Positions 1 through 10,047 are shown, counted from the first letter of the stretch. The stretch is 64,000 nucleotides of DNA from Thiobacillus sp. (GCA_020724415.1 DYHB01000002.1:726-64725); one strand, 5' to 3'. Notes: generated by a model from the letters alone, not told the origin. Translations and numbers: made by a program.

Positions 1-304
1 CGTCCAGGACTAGCAGCAGAGGCGGTTCGGCGGCATCTTCCAGGACGTCGTCCAGATGAGTGGCCAGCTTGACCGCTTCCACATAGGCCACCACGCCCTG
101 GGATTTGCCCCGGGCCATGTCGTCCACCCGGGCGGCGTCGGCCAGCACCACCCGCACCCCCTTCTCTTCCGCCAGGGCCAGCACATCCCGGGCCCGTTTG
201 TCCTTGCGCCCCTGGTCCAGGTAGATGACATGGAGCGTGGCCGGGTGATGACGCAGGCGGGACAGCACGGCATGGAAGCCGAAGATGAGACTGTGCTGAT
301 TCAT
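1..304 (-). CDS. rlmB: 23S rRNA (guanosine-2'-O)-methyltransferase RlmB, N-terminal part (gene runs off the window start)
   Basis: Manual translation of the - strand from ATG at 304 gives MNQHSLIFGFHAVLSRLRHHPATLHVIYLDQGRKDKRARDVLALAEEKGVRVV...EPPLLLVLDG, an RlmB/SpoU-type N-terminus. It has an ATGA start/stop overlap with rnr, and rnr-rlmB is the usual gene order. It is absent from the ORF track because no stop lies inside the window. Confidence 0.8.
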   Translation of the reverse strand, partial: MNQHSLIFGFHAVLSRLRHHPATLHVIYLDQGRKDKRARDVLALAEEKGVRVVLADAARVDDMARGKSQGVVAYVEAVKLATHLDDVLEDAAEPPLLLVLD

Positions 305-2637
305 CGCTTCTTGCTGCCGGAACGGGCCGGCTTCTTGGCGTGTTCCTTGTCCTGGGCGGGTTTGGCCGATGCCGCCCTGGGCGGGGCCTTGGCCGACGTC
401 CGAGCCGGCCGGTCTGTTCCAGCCCCGGCGGCATGACCCGCATCGGCCAGGGTGAAATCGATCTGACTGGTGTCCAGGTCCACCTTGGCCACCGCCACCC
501 GGACCCGGTCGCCCAGGCGGAAGCGCTTGCCGGTACGCTCGCCCATCATCTGGTGCCGGGCAGCATCGAAATGGAAATAATCCTGGCCCAGTTCGGTGAC
601 GTGGACCAGGCCCTCGACGAAGACATCGTTCAAGGCCACGAAGATGCCGAAACTGACCACGGAGGAGATGACGCCGTCGAATTCCTCTCCCAGCATGGAC
701 TGCATGTAGTAGCACTTGAGCCAGGCGGTCACGTCCCGGGTGGCATCGTCTGCCCGGCGCTCGGTCATGGAACAGTGGGCGCCGACTTCGTCCCATTTGC
801 CCGGGGAGTACTGCTCGCCATTCAGGCAGGCCTTGATGGCCCGATGCACCAGCAGGTCCGGATAGCGCCGGATGGGCGAGGTGAAGTGAGTGTAGGACTC
901 GTAGGCCAGCCCGAAGTGGCCCACGTTCTCGGGGCTGTACACCGCCTGGCGCAGGGAGCGCAGCATGACCGTCTGGAGCAGTTGCTCGTCCGGCCGGCCC
1001 TTGATCTTGGCCAGCAGCTCGGCGTAGTCCTTGGCGTGGGGTTCGTCGCCGCCGGTGAGGTAAAAGCCGAATTCCGCCATGAACTCCTGCAGGGTCTTGA
1101 GCTTCTCCGGCGTGGGACCTTCGTGGACCCGATACAGGGACGGATGCTTGTGCTTCTTGAGGAACTCCGAGGCGCACACATTGGCCGCCAGCATGCATTC
1201 CTCGATGATGCGATGGGCGTCGTTGCGGGCATAGGGCACGATGCGCTCGATCTTGTCCTGCTCGTTGAACAGGATCTTGGTCTCGATGGTCTCGAAATCG
1301 ATGGCCCCCCGCTTGTGGCGGGCCTTCAGCAGCAGCTTGAACAGCTTGTAGAGGTTCTGCAGGTTGGGCAGCAGCTCGGCGCTTTCCTTGGGCGCCTGCT
1401 TGGGCTCGGAGAGCCAGTCCCAGACCTGGGTATAGGTCAGCCTGGCCTTGGAATGCATCACCCCCTGGAAGAAGCGGTATTTCTTGATGCTGCCGGTGCC
1501 GGCGATCTCCATTTCGCACACCATGCAGAGCCGGTCCACCTTGGGGTTCAGCGAACACAGGCCATTGGACAGCTCCTCCGGCAGCATGGGGATGACCCGG
1601 CGCGGAAAGTACACCGAATTCCCCCGCTCGAAGGACTCCTTGTCCAGGGGCGAACCCGGCTGGACATAGTGGGACACGTCGGCGATGGCCACCCAGAGCT
1701 TGAAACCCCGGCCCAGAGGCTCGCAATACACGGCATCGTCGAAATCCCGGGAATCCTCGCCGTCGATGGTGACCAGGGGCAGGTCCCGGATGTCCTCCCG
1801 GCCCTCGAAATCCCGTTTCACTACGCCTTTGGGGTATTTCTTCGCCTGGGTCATGGCCGGCTTGGGAAACTCGTGAGGCAGGTTGTGCTTGCGCAGGGCG
1901 ATCTCGATCTCCATGCCCGGGTCGGCATAGTTGCCCAGCACCATGACCACCTCCCCCACCGCCGGCGTGTGCTTGGTGGGCTGCTCCATCACCCGCACCA
2001 TGACCACCTGGCCGGAGCGCACGTTGAGGGATTCGTTGGGGGGAATGATGATGTCCTGGTTGATGCGCTTGTTCTCTGCCACCACCCATTGATGGCCGTG
2101 TTCACGGTAGAAGCGGCCGATCAGGGGCGCCTGGTTCACCCGCTCCAGCACCTCCACGATCTTGCCTTCCTTGCGCCCGCGCCGGTCCACGCCCCGTTCC
2201 CGGCACAGGACCCGGTCACCATGCAGAACCTGGTGCATCTCTTTTTCCGACAGGAACATGTCGCCCGACTTGTCGTCCGGAATGAAGAAACCAAAGCCGT
2301 CGTGGTGGCCTTCCACGTGGCCGGCCTTCAATTCGATCTTGTCGGGCAGGCACAGGTCACCGCGCCGGTTGATGATGAGCTGGCCGTCGCGCTGCATGGC
2401 ATACAGGCGGCGCTCGAAGGATTCGTCTTCCTCGACTTCGATGCCGAGTTGGAAGCCCAGATCCGCCATGGGCACCGGTCCCCCCGCATCCGTCACCAGT
2501 TGCAGAATGAACTCCCGACTGGGCAGAGGATTCTCGTATTTGTCGCGTTCCCGCTGGAGGTGAGGGTCCTGCCAGCGCAGGGCTTTCTGGCCCCGTCCGC
2601 GTTTCGGCTTGCTGTCCGACGTTTTTTTCGTTGACAT
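301..2637 (-). CDS. rnr: Ribonuclease R (RNB 3'-5' exoribonuclease with C-terminal S1 domain and Lys-rich tail)
   Basis: The ORF 301..2700 was trimmed to the MSTKKTSDSKPKRGRG start at 2637. It has the RNB catalytic motif IDGEDSRDFDDAVYCEP, an S1-like segment FDGVISSVVSFGIFVAL, and a basic C-terminal tail. Confidence 0.95.
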   Translation of the reverse strand: MSTKKTSDSKPKRGRGQKALRWQDPHLQRERDKYENPLPSREFILQLVTDAGGPVPMADLGFQLGIEVEEDESFERRLYAMQRDGQLIINRRGDLCLPDKIELKAGHVEGHHDGFGFFIPDDKSGDMFLSEKEMHQVLHGDRVLCRERGVDRRGRKEGKIVEVLERVNQAPLIGRFYREHGHQWVVAENKRINQDIIIPPNESLNVRSGQVVMVRVMEQPTKHTPAVGEVVMVLGNYADPGMEIEIALRKHNLPHEFPKPAMTQAKKYPKGVVKRDFEGREDIRDLPLVTIDGEDSRDFDDAVYCEPLGRGFKLWVAIADVSHYVQPGSPLDKESFERGNSVYFPRRVIPMLPEELSNGLCSLNPKVDRLCMVCEMEIAGTGSIKKYRFFQGVMHSKARLTYTQVWDWLSEPKQAPKESAELLPNLQNLYKLFKLLLKARHKRGAIDFETIETKILFNEQDKIERIVPYARNDAHRIIEECMLAANVCASEFLKKHKHPSLYRVHEGPTPEKLKTLQEFMAEFGFYLTGGDEPHAKDYAELLAKIKGRPDEQLLQTVMLRSLRQAVYSPENVGHFGLAYESYTHFTSPIRRYPDLLVHRAIKACLNGEQYSPGKWDEVGAHCSMTERRADDATRDVTAWLKCYYMQSMLGEEFDGVISSVVSFGIFVALNDVFVEGLVHVTELGQDYFHFDAARHQMMGERTGKRFRLGDRVRVAVAKVDLDTSQIDFTLADAGHAAGAGTDRPARTSAKAPPRAASAKPAQDKEHAKKPARSGSKKR

Positions 2638-2672
2638 TGATTTCCTTGGATCGTTAGAATGCGCGCCTCTTT

Positions 2673-2759
2673 GCCCAGGTGGCGGAATTGGTAGACGCAC
2701 TAGGTTCAGGTCCTAGCGCCGGCAACGGTGTGGAGGTTCGAGTCCTCTCCTGGGCACCA
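2673..2759 (+). tRNA. tRNA-Leu (anticodon CAG), type II with long variable arm, CCA encoded
   Basis: The sequence is GCCCAGG...CCTGGGCACCA with a 7-bp acceptor stem. The anticodon stem CTAGG/CCTAG encloses the loop TTCAGGT. There is a long variable arm and a GGTTCGAGTCC T-loop. Confidence 0.95.
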
Positions 2760-2763
2760 AAAG

Positions 2764-2803
2764 AAAAAAACCGCATGATGCTGCACAGCTCATGCGGTTT
2801 TTT
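2764..2803. terminator. Bidirectional rho-independent terminator after tRNA-Leu
   Basis: The sequence is AAAAAAACCGCATGA-(loop)-TCATGCGGTTTTTT. A 9-bp stem is flanked by an A-run and a T-run. Confidence 0.8.
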
Positions 2804-2977
2804 ATTGCCATCCAGAAGACGGAACCCCGTATTTCCGGGACCGTGGGCGATGAAGCTGCGGTCGGGATTGTACTCCGTTTAATGAAACAACGGCCTCGTT
2901 GCGGCGTTTGTCCGGACACAAGCGCCAGATAGCGCGCAAACAAGGCCCACGCCCAAGCCCACCCGGGCAAAGCGCCC

Positions 2978-3910
2978 TCAGCCCAGGTAATCGAACAGGC
3001 TCAACCGGCTGACCAGGGCGTAGGTGCGCTGGGAGGCCTCCAGGTTGGTCTGGCGCTGCTGGAGTTCGACGATGGCAGCGGCCATGTCCAGTTCAGTCAG
3101 TTCTCCCAGGGCATTTTGCTCCAACAGCATCAGATCCTTGGTGGCGCCACGGACGCCGTCGATTTCCAGCAATCGACCTGCCACCTGGGTCTGAGTGTTG
3201 CGCAACTGGTCAATGGCATTGGTCACCGAGGACATGGCCGCGTCCAGACTGGCCTGGACGGCAGCTGGACTGGCCAGGTTGTCGCGCAGGGCAATGGCGG
3301 CGTTATCAAGGTCCTGCAGAACATCCCAGCCCGCGCCCTGGAATACGTTGCGCAAGCTGTCATTGGTGGCCACCTGCCGGCCATTCTCGATGGTGACATT
3401 GCGCACGCCAGCGTCATTCGGCTGATAGACCGCAGGCGCCGAAGGCCCCGCGCCCGGGTAGGCCTGGGTGTGGCTGATGGGTGGGGTGTCCGTTTCGTAG
3501 CCGGAAAAAATGTAATTGCCTCCCGAATCCCGCGCATTGCCCAAGTCCTTGATGGTGGCATACAGATTGGCCACTTCGATGGCGATCTGATCGCGCAGGC
3601 TCTGATTGTTGGAGCCGCCCACGCCCATCATGGCGGCCCGCACCTTGGTCAGGCTGTCATACAACGATTCAAGATGCACGTTCTCGTGCTTGAGGGCCAG
3701 TTCAGCCTTGAGCTGGTTGGACTCGTACTGCTTGCGCAAGGCCATGCTGCTGGACAATTCCATGGCCCGATTGTTGTCTATGGGCGCTTCCCTGGGGTTG
3801 AGGTAGCTGCGGTTATCCGCCACTTTACGGGTCAGTTGGGCAATCTGGGATTGCTGGTTCTGAATGCCGATGAGGGAGGCGTTATAGAAACTGGCGGTAC
3901 TGATGCGCAT
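2978..3910 (-). CDS. flgL: Flagellar hook-associated protein 3 (hook-filament junction) FlgL
   Basis: It has a flagellin-like N-terminus, MRISTASFYNASLIGIQNQQSQIAQLTRKVA, and a C-terminal helix. It lies immediately downstream of flgK. Confidence 0.9.
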   Translation of the reverse strand: MRISTASFYNASLIGIQNQQSQIAQLTRKVADNRSYLNPREAPIDNNRAMELSSSMALRKQYESNQLKAELALKHENVHLESLYDSLTKVRAAMMGVGGSNNQSLRDQIAIEVANLYATIKDLGNARDSGGNYIFSGYETDTPPISHTQAYPGAGPSAPAVYQPNDAGVRNVTIENGRQVATNDSLRNVFQGAGWDVLQDLDNAAIALRDNLASPAAVQASLDAAMSSVTNAIDQLRNTQTQVAGRLLEIDGVRGATKDLMLLEQNALGELTELDMAAAIVELQQRQTNLEASQRTYALVSRLSLFDYLG

Positions 3911-3922
3911 GATGGTTACCCC

Positions 3923-5572
3923 TTATCGTATCGACAGGATCTCTTCCAGCAGGGAGGAAGAAACCTGCATGGCCCGGGCGGCCGCCTGGTAGGCCTGCTG
4001 GTACTGGATCAGTCGGGCGGCTTCTTCGTCCAGATTCACGCCGGAAACGGACTGTTGGCTGTCCAGGGTCAACTTGGCCAGGTTGGTGAAGGTGGTCAGG
4101 TCAGTCTCGGCACTGCCCGCGAGTATGGCATTTCTGGTGACCAGTTGATTGTAGGAGGCCGAAAAGGTGGCCGTACCCCCGGCCATGACAGGGGAACCCT
4201 GGAGGGCCGCCAGGGCCAGGGCATTGCTGTTGTCGCCGGGCGAGGCCGTCCCGGCTGCGGCAATCTGGGTACCGGACACCAGGTTCACCGCCAGGTCCCC
4301 GGCGGAAAAGCTGGTGGGACGCAGAAGCCACTGGTCACCGTTGGCAGGACCTCCCCCGGCGATGGTCAGGGACAGGCCGTCTGCGGTCAGGTTGCCCCCG
4401 GCACCCGGTATGGTGCCCAGGGTCACGTTGTCCGTGAGTCGCACCAGGCTGTAGTCGGTGCCGTCGTAGCGCAAGCGGTAATCTGCGGCGGTGAGGTTCT
4501 GGGAGCCGGACAAGGTCAGGGTGAAAGTCGGGTCCGTGCCGGCATTGTCGGCGTCGGGTATGGGCGCGCGTAGGAGACTGTTGGCATCGGTAAAGAAGTT
4601 CAGGCCGGCATTGCCTGCGAGATCGAAGCCCGCACTGTGCTGGGTGTTGAACTGGTCGGCCAGGCTCACCGCAATGCGCCCCAGATCGTTCAGGGAGGGC
4701 TGCAGGATGTCTTCCCTAAAAGCCAGCAAGCCGCCCAGACGACCGTCGCTGAGCTGTTGCAGGTTCATGTTGACCAGGGCCCCGGAGGTGGTTTGCAGGA
4801 CGATGCTGCGCCGACTGGGGTCCTGGCTGTCATTGACCGAGAGCAGCTTTTGAATGTCCGCGCCCACCACCAATGGCTGGCCATTACTCAGGAACACCGC
4901 GGTGGAGCCGTCGCTCTGCTGGACCTGGCTGACATTGACCAACTTGTTCAGGTCGCTGACCAATTGATCCCGCTGGTCCAGCAGGTCATTGGGGGCCTGA
5001 GCCTGGCTGCCGCCATACCCGATGGCCGCATTCAACTGGGCGATGCGCTCCACATAGGCGTTGATCTGGTCCACCGCCGTATCGATCTCAGTATTGACAT
5101 AGGTGTTCAAGGTTTCCAGGCGCCCCCCCAGAAGGTTCATGCGCCCGGCCAGATTCTTGCCCTGGGTGAGCATCTGCTCCCGGGCCGCCACCGAGGTGGG
5201 ATCGTTGGCCACCTCGTTGACGGCGGCAAAGAACTTCTGCATGGAGGTGTCCAGGTTGTTATCGGCATCCCCCAGCAGGGAATCCACCTGGTTGGCGTAA
5301 AAGGAGTACACCTCACGGCCCGACTGCTGGCCCTGGTAGGTGCGCAGTTCGTTGTCCAGGAACCGGCTGTACATGCGCACCACATTGTCAGTGCTCACGC
5401 CGGTACCCACGAACTGGCCACCCAGGAACTGGGGCACGCTGGCGGACTGGCGCACTTCCTGCCGGTGATAGCCGGGGGTGCTGGCGTTGGCGATGTTGTG
5501 TTGCGTGGTCCGGATGCCCACCAGGGTGGCATTGAGGCTGGTGAGGCTCACTCCCAACACGTTCATGCTCAT
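3923..5572 (-). CDS. flgK: Flagellar hook-associated protein 1 FlgK
   Basis: The N-terminus LGVSLTSLNATLVGIRTTQHNIANASTPGYHRQE carries the flagellar basal-body rod/hook signature. The C-terminus is VNLDEEAARLIQYQQAYQAAARAM. Confidence 0.93.
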   Translation of the reverse strand: MSMNVLGVSLTSLNATLVGIRTTQHNIANASTPGYHRQEVRQSASVPQFLGGQFVGTGVSTDNVVRMYSRFLDNELRTYQGQQSGREVYSFYANQVDSLLGDADNNLDTSMQKFFAAVNEVANDPTSVAAREQMLTQGKNLAGRMNLLGGRLETLNTYVNTEIDTAVDQINAYVERIAQLNAAIGYGGSQAQAPNDLLDQRDQLVSDLNKLVNVSQVQQSDGSTAVFLSNGQPLVVGADIQKLLSVNDSQDPSRRSIVLQTTSGALVNMNLQQLSDGRLGGLLAFREDILQPSLNDLGRIAVSLADQFNTQHSAGFDLAGNAGLNFFTDANSLLRAPIPDADNAGTDPTFTLTLSGSQNLTAADYRLRYDGTDYSLVRLTDNVTLGTIPGAGGNLTADGLSLTIAGGGPANGDQWLLRPTSFSAGDLAVNLVSGTQIAAAGTASPGDNSNALALAALQGSPVMAGGTATFSASYNQLVTRNAILAGSAETDLTTFTNLAKLTLDSQQSVSGVNLDEEAARLIQYQQAYQAAARAMQVSSSLLEEILSIR

Positions 5573-5599
5573 TTCAGACTCCGTTCTTCGTCATGTTCC

Positions 5600-5627
5600 A
5601 TATCGGGCGATCGGGTTCGTTTCTTGA
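5600..5627 (-). promoter_or_regulatory. Candidate sigma28 (FliA) promoter for flgKL
   Basis: The - strand reads TCAAGAAA-N12-CCCGATAT, compared with the consensus TAAAGTTT-N11-GCCGATAA. It lies 28-55 nt upstream of the flgK ATG. A class-3 flgKL promoter is established in enterobacteria. Confidence 0.45.
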
Positions 5628-5636
5628 ATCCGGACA

Positions 5637-6560
5637 TCAACCCAACCGGGCAATCACCCGTTGCAGTTTCTGGCCATAGGCCGGGTCGGTGGCATAGCCT
5701 CCGGCCACCAGGCCCGAGGCAAAGGCGTCCGGGCTTTCGGCGCCTACGGCCAGGGGATAACGGCGCTTCAGCAGTTGGGCGTAGTCCATGAACGCTGCCT
5801 CATGGCTGTCATAGTCCCTGAAACGCTCGGTCTGCTTTACCGGCAGGCCGTATTGATATTCCGTGGTCATGTGTTCCACCCCCGCGCCGGTCCAGGAAGC
5901 CCCGGCCTTGATGCCAAACAGGTTGTGGCTGTCCGCTCCGGTATCGGTCAGCAGGGGCTTGCGGCCCCAGCCCGTCTCCAGGGCGGCCTGGGCCACGATG
6001 TATTCCGCCGGCACACCCAGCATCTCTGCGGCCTTGCGGGCCTGGGGCAGCAGGTTGTCGATGAAGGTCTGGCGGTCGCTGCCCGGACTGACGGAGCCAG
6101 GTTCAGGAGCTGCCGTCTGGGCGGGTTTCACCTCCGCCTGGATCGACCCTGTGGGCACCTGGGCATCCAGGGGCACAGCCCCCGGGCGCCCTGGCAGCGG
6201 GTGCCCGGGTGTCAGGGCTTCCAAGGCCTCGGGCGTGGCCTGAGGCCGACTCATGGCCTGGTACATGGCCTCGGCGAAGCCCAGGCCGCGGCCGTCGCTC
6301 ATGCGCTGGGCCCATTGCTGGTCCAGCAATTCCTGGTACAGCTTCAGGCTGGGGCTGTTGGCGAAGGGATCGTCCTGGGTGCTGAACCGGGTGTCCCGCA
6401 TGGTCTTGAGCATGATCTGGATGAACATGGCCTCGAACTGCCGGGCCGCGCTGCGGAGGGACTCCGGATCACCCGAGGCGGCCTGGGCGCGCAGGGCTTC
6501 CGCGCCACGCACATCGGCGGCCAGGCTTTCGACGGGGACAGGGGCGGCAGCAGCCAGCAT
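5637..6560 (-). CDS. flgJ: Flagellar rod assembly protein / peptidoglycan hydrolase FlgJ
   Basis: The N-terminal rod-binding motif is ARQFEAMFIQIMLKTMRD. A Pro-rich linker follows, then a C-terminal glucosaminidase segment AALETGWGRK...NLFGIK. Its start overlaps the flgI stop by 1 nt. Confidence 0.93.
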   Translation of the reverse strand: MLAAAAPVPVESLAADVRGAEALRAQAASGDPESLRSAARQFEAMFIQIMLKTMRDTRFSTQDDPFANSPSLKLYQELLDQQWAQRMSDGRGLGFAEAMYQAMSRPQATPEALEALTPGHPLPGRPGAVPLDAQVPTGSIQAEVKPAQTAAPEPGSVSPGSDRQTFIDNLLPQARKAAEMLGVPAEYIVAQAALETGWGRKPLLTDTGADSHNLFGIKAGASWTGAGVEHMTTEYQYGLPVKQTERFRDYDSHEAAFMDYAQLLKRRYPLAVGAESPDAFASGLVAGGYATDPAYGQKLQRVIARLG

Positions 6561-7660
6561 CAGATGATCTCCAGATCCGCCTTCAGGGCCCCGGCGGCCT
6601 TCATGGCCTGGAGAATGGCCAGCAAATCCTGGGGTGTGGCCCCCACGGCGTTCAGGGCCCGGACCACGTCGTTCAGGGAGGCGGAGGCCGGCACCTCCAC
6701 CAATTCACCCTTGTCGCTCTTGATCTGGACATCCGCCTGCTGGGTGACCACGGTCTCGCCGCCGGCCAGGGGGTTGGGCTGGCTCACCTCGGGCGTGGTG
6801 GTGACCGTCACGGTGAGGTTGCCATGGGCGATGGCGCACTTGTCGATGGTCACCAGCTGGTTCATGACGATGGACCCGGTGCGGGCGTTGATGATGACCT
6901 TGGGCGTGGGTTGCCCGGGGTTGAGGCTGAGGTTTTCCAATTGGGCAAGGAAGGCGATGCGCTTGCCCGGATCCTGGGGGGCCTTGACCTGGATCAGGCG
7001 TCCGTCCAAAGGAATCGCCGTGCCCTTGCCGAAGGCCCGGTCCACGGCCTCCGTGGTGCGGCTGGCGGTGGTGAAGTCGGCCTCCTTCAACTCCAGGTGG
7101 ACGAAGTCCCCCTGGCCGAAGCGGGACGGTACCGCCCGCTCCACGGTGGCACCCGTGGGCACCCGGCCCGCCGCCAGGTGATTCACCTGCTGGCTGGAAC
7201 CGCCGCCGGACGCACCCACCCCCGCCACCACCACGTTGCCCTGGGCCACGGCATAGACCTGGCCGTCCAGACCCTTGAGGGGTGTCACCAGCAGGGTGCC
7301 GCCGCGCAGACTCTTGGCGTTGCCCAGGGAAGAAACGGTCACGTCGATCTGCTGGCCCGGCTTGGCAAAAGGCGGCAGGCTGGCCGTGACCATCACGGCG
7401 GCGACGTTCTTGAGCTGGAGGTTGGTGCCGGGAGGCAACTGGACTCCCAACTGGCCGAGCATGGAGACCAGGCTCTGGACCGTGAAGGGGGTCGAAGTGG
7501 TCTGGTCCCCGGTACCGTCCAGGCCGACAACCAAGCCGTAGCCCAGGAGCTGGTTGGTGCGCACACCGTCGATGTTGGCGATGTCCTTGATCCGGTTGGC
7601 GCCGACAGGCATGGCCAGCATCAGGGCCAGGAGGGCAAGGATGAGTCGATGGGTCATCAT
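6560..7660 (-). CDS. flgI: Flagellar P-ring protein FlgI
   Basis: It has a signal peptide followed by RIKDIANIDGVRTNQLLGYGLVVGLDGTGD, the classic FlgI N-terminus. The C-terminus is LQAMKAAGALKADLEII. Confidence 0.96.
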   Translation of the reverse strand: MMTHRLILALLALMLAMPVGANRIKDIANIDGVRTNQLLGYGLVVGLDGTGDQTTSTPFTVQSLVSMLGQLGVQLPPGTNLQLKNVAAVMVTASLPPFAKPGQQIDVTVSSLGNAKSLRGGTLLVTPLKGLDGQVYAVAQGNVVVAGVGASGGGSSQQVNHLAAGRVPTGATVERAVPSRFGQGDFVHLELKEADFTTASRTTEAVDRAFGKGTAIPLDGRLIQVKAPQDPGKRIAFLAQLENLSLNPGQPTPKVIINARTGSIVMNQLVTIDKCAIAHGNLTVTVTTTPEVSQPNPLAGGETVVTQQADVQIKSDKGELVEVPASASLNDVVRALNAVGATPQDLLAILQAMKAAGALKADLEII

Positions 7661-7670
7661 GGTCTCCCGT

Positions 7671-8345
7671 TCAGAAAGGCAGCACGGTGAGGAAGAAACG
7701 GGCCATCATCCCGGCCATCTGGGACTTGTCCAGGCTTTGGGCATTGCGCGACTCGATCTGGACATCAGCCAACTGGGTGGAATTGACCGTATTGGCCGCC
7801 GTGATCTGGGCCGGATTCACCACACCGGCCATGCGGATGTATTCGGTGTCATTGTTGACCACCAACTGCTTCTCGCCGGCCACCACCAGATTGCCGTTGC
7901 CCAGGACCTCCACCACCGTGACGGTGATGGTGCCGGTGACCGTATTGCTGTTGGTCTCGTTGTCCTTGAACTCCTGCTTGTTGGAGGATGAGGGCGCCCA
8001 GGACGCGCCAAACAGGGAGGCGCCGCCCACCTGGGCCTGGGGCAGGCTGATGGAGGCGTTGCCCTTGCGCTCGTCCGTGGTCTCGGATTTTCGGTTGATG
8101 GACGTCCGTTCCACCAGGTTGACGGTCAGGATGTCCCCTACCCTGCGCGCCCGGCGATCCTCAAACAGAGCCAGGCCATGGCTGGGCTGGAAGATGGCGC
8201 CATTGTTGACCGCCACGGGGGCCGTCGTCTGGGGAGCCGCCGTGAGGGGGCGCTGGATCCGTGTCTCCGGCGTGGCGGCACAGCCGGCCAGAAACAGGGC
8301 TGCACTCAACAGGACCAGGAAAGTTTGCAGGTGTGATCGCATCAT
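7671..8345 (-). CDS. flgH: Flagellar L-ring lipoprotein FlgH
   Basis: The ORF was trimmed to MMRSHLQTFLVLLSAALFLAGC, which has a lipobox LAGC. It also contains the conserved LFEDRRARRVGDILTVNLVE. Confidence 0.93.
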   Translation of the reverse strand: MMRSHLQTFLVLLSAALFLAGCAATPETRIQRPLTAAPQTTAPVAVNNGAIFQPSHGLALFEDRRARRVGDILTVNLVERTSINRKSETTDERKGNASISLPQAQVGGASLFGASWAPSSSNKQEFKDNETNSNTVTGTITVTVVEVLGNGNLVVAGEKQLVVNNDTEYIRMAGVVNPAQITAANTVNSTQLADVQIESRNAQSLDKSQMAGMMARFFLTVLPF

Positions 8346-8500
8346 GGGTTCCATCAAAGGAAGGCTTTCGAGCCCACTGAAGCAATCACCATGCCATGGA
8401 CCGAAACGCCTGAAATCGCCCTCATCATGGGCTTGCCGGACCACCCCCCTAGTCCCAGGAGCTGGCTGGCGGCAATAATTGCCGCCCCCGTCAGCCGGAC

Positions 8501-9283
8501 TCAAATCTGGGTCAGGCGCTGGAGCATCTGGTCGGAGGTGGTAATGGCCCGGGAATTCAGCTCATAGGCCCGCTGGGCGATGATCATGTTGACCAGTTCC
8601 TCGGCCACGTTGACGTTGGAGGTTTCCACGAAACTCTGGTTCAGAACGCCCAGCCCATTGGTTCCCGGGGCGTTGACCTGGGGCGCGCCCGACGCGGCCG
8701 TCTCGGCAAACATGTTCTCCCCCATGCTCTGCAGGCCCGTGGGGTTGACGAAGGTGGCCAGCTGCAACTGACCCAGCACCGTGGGGGCCGCCACGCCGGG
8801 CTGGGTGACCGATACCGTGCCGTCGCGGCCGATGGTCACGCTCAGGGCGTCAGCCGGAATCACGATGTTGGGCTGCAGGGGATAACCGCTGGCGGTCACC
8901 ATGGTGCCCTGACTATCGATCTGAAAGGCGCCGTCCCGGGTATAGGCAGTGCTGCCGTCGGGCATCAGGATCTGGAAAAAGCCCCTGCCGTTGATGGCCA
9001 CATCCAGCGCATTTCCAGTCTGTTCCAGAGAACCCTGGGTATGCATCCGCTCGGTGGCCACCGGACGAACACCAACGCCAAGCTGGAAGCCGCTGGGCAA
9101 TTGGGTCTGTTGGGTGGATTGAGCACCCGGCTGGCGGATGACCTGGTAGAGCAGGTCCTCGAACACTGCCCGGGAGCGCTTGAAACCGTTGGTACTGACG
9201 TTGGCCAGGTTATTGGAAATGACGTCCAGTTGGGTCTGGTGGGCATCCAGGCCGGTGCGGGCGATGTGCAGGGAGCGGATCAT
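8501..9283 (-). CDS. flgG: Flagellar distal rod protein FlgG
   Basis: The N-terminus is [38 protein letters not shown] and the C-terminus is [23 protein letters not shown]. Confidence 0.96.
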   Translation of the reverse strand: MIRSLHIARTGLDAHQTQLDVISNNLANVSTNGFKRSRAVFEDLLYQVIRQPGAQSTQQTQLPSGFQLGVGVRPVATERMHTQGSLEQTGNALDVAINGRGFFQILMPDGSTAYTRDGAFQIDSQGTMVTASGYPLQPNIVIPADALSVTIGRDGTVSVTQPGVAAPTVLGQLQLATFVNPTGLQSMGENMFAETAASGAPQVNAPGTNGLGVLNQSFVETSNVNVAEELVNMIIAQRAYELNSRAITTSDQMLQRLTQI

Positions 9284-9306
9284 GGTTCTCGTCCTTTCAA
9301 GTCATG

Positions 9307-10047
9307 CTAGCGCATGGACAGCACACGGTCGGCGCTGCGATGGTTTTCCTCGGCCACCTTCAAGACGCGCATCTGCATCTCGAACTGGCGTGACAGACTG
9401 ATCATGTTGACCAGGGCTTCGGCAGGATTGACGTTGCTGGATTCCAGGACACCCGAGGCCAGGGTGACGGCGGCATCCGCCTCGGCAATGGCACCATCCT
9501 TCTGCCGGAACAGGCCATCCTGGCCCCGCACCAGATTGGTTTCCTCGGGGTTCACGAGCTTGATCCGGCCGGCCACGGCCACGGCATTCTGGTTCTGGCC
9601 GATGGGCACTGCGGACACGGTTCCATCCTTGCCGACCGTGATCTCCTGGTCGGGCGGCAGGGCGATGGGACCGCCGTCCCCCAGCACCGTCAGGCCATGG
9701 CTGGTCTGGAGAATGCCATTGGGGCTGACCTGGAGCTGACCCATGCGGGTGTAAGCCTCCTGGCCCTGGGCATCCTGGACCGCGATCCAGCCCGGACCCC
9801 GTACCGCCACGTCCAAGTCCCGCCCGGTCTGTTGGAACGCTCCCTCGGTAAAGTCGGTGCGGGGCGTCGTTTGCACCACGGCCGCCCGGGTCTTGGCACC
9901 GTCCCCGATGTAGGGCGTGGCCCGGAAGACGTTCAGTTCTTCCTTGAAGCCCTGGGTGGAAACGTTGGCCAGGTTGTGGGAGACCGACGCCTGTTGCAGG
10001 CTGACCTGCTTGGCGCCGGACATGGCCACATAGATGACGCGGTCCAC
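9307..10047 (-). CDS. flgF: Flagellar proximal rod protein FlgF
   Basis: The N-terminus is MDRVIYVAMSGAKQVSLQQASVSHNLANVSTQGFK and the C-terminus is NPAEALVNMISLSRQFEMQ. Confidence 0.94.
   Translation of the reverse strand: MDRVIYVAMSGAKQVSLQQASVSHNLANVSTQGFKEELNVFRATPYIGDGAKTRAAVVQTTPRTDFTEGAFQQTGRDLDVAVRGPGWIAVQDAQGQEAYTRMGQLQVSPNGILQTSHGLTVLGDGGPIALPPDQEITVGKDGTVSAVPIGQNQNAVAVAGRIKLVNPEETNLVRGQDGLFRQKDGAIAEADAAVTLASGVLESSNVNPAEALVNMISLSRQFEMQMRVLKVAEENHRSADRVLSMR

Noticed and set aside
340-2634. A 764-aa ORF on the + strand, exactly antisense to rnr. Similar giants lie opposite clpB (30992..33505, 837 aa), glgB (40496..42826, 776 aa), flgK/flgL, thrS, pheT and others.
   Set aside because: Their translations are low-complexity and rich in Gly/Ala/Arg/Leu/His, with no recognisable motifs. 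The opposite strand encodes unmistakable conserved proteins. Long stop-free antisense frames are the expected by-product of strong GC3 codon bias.
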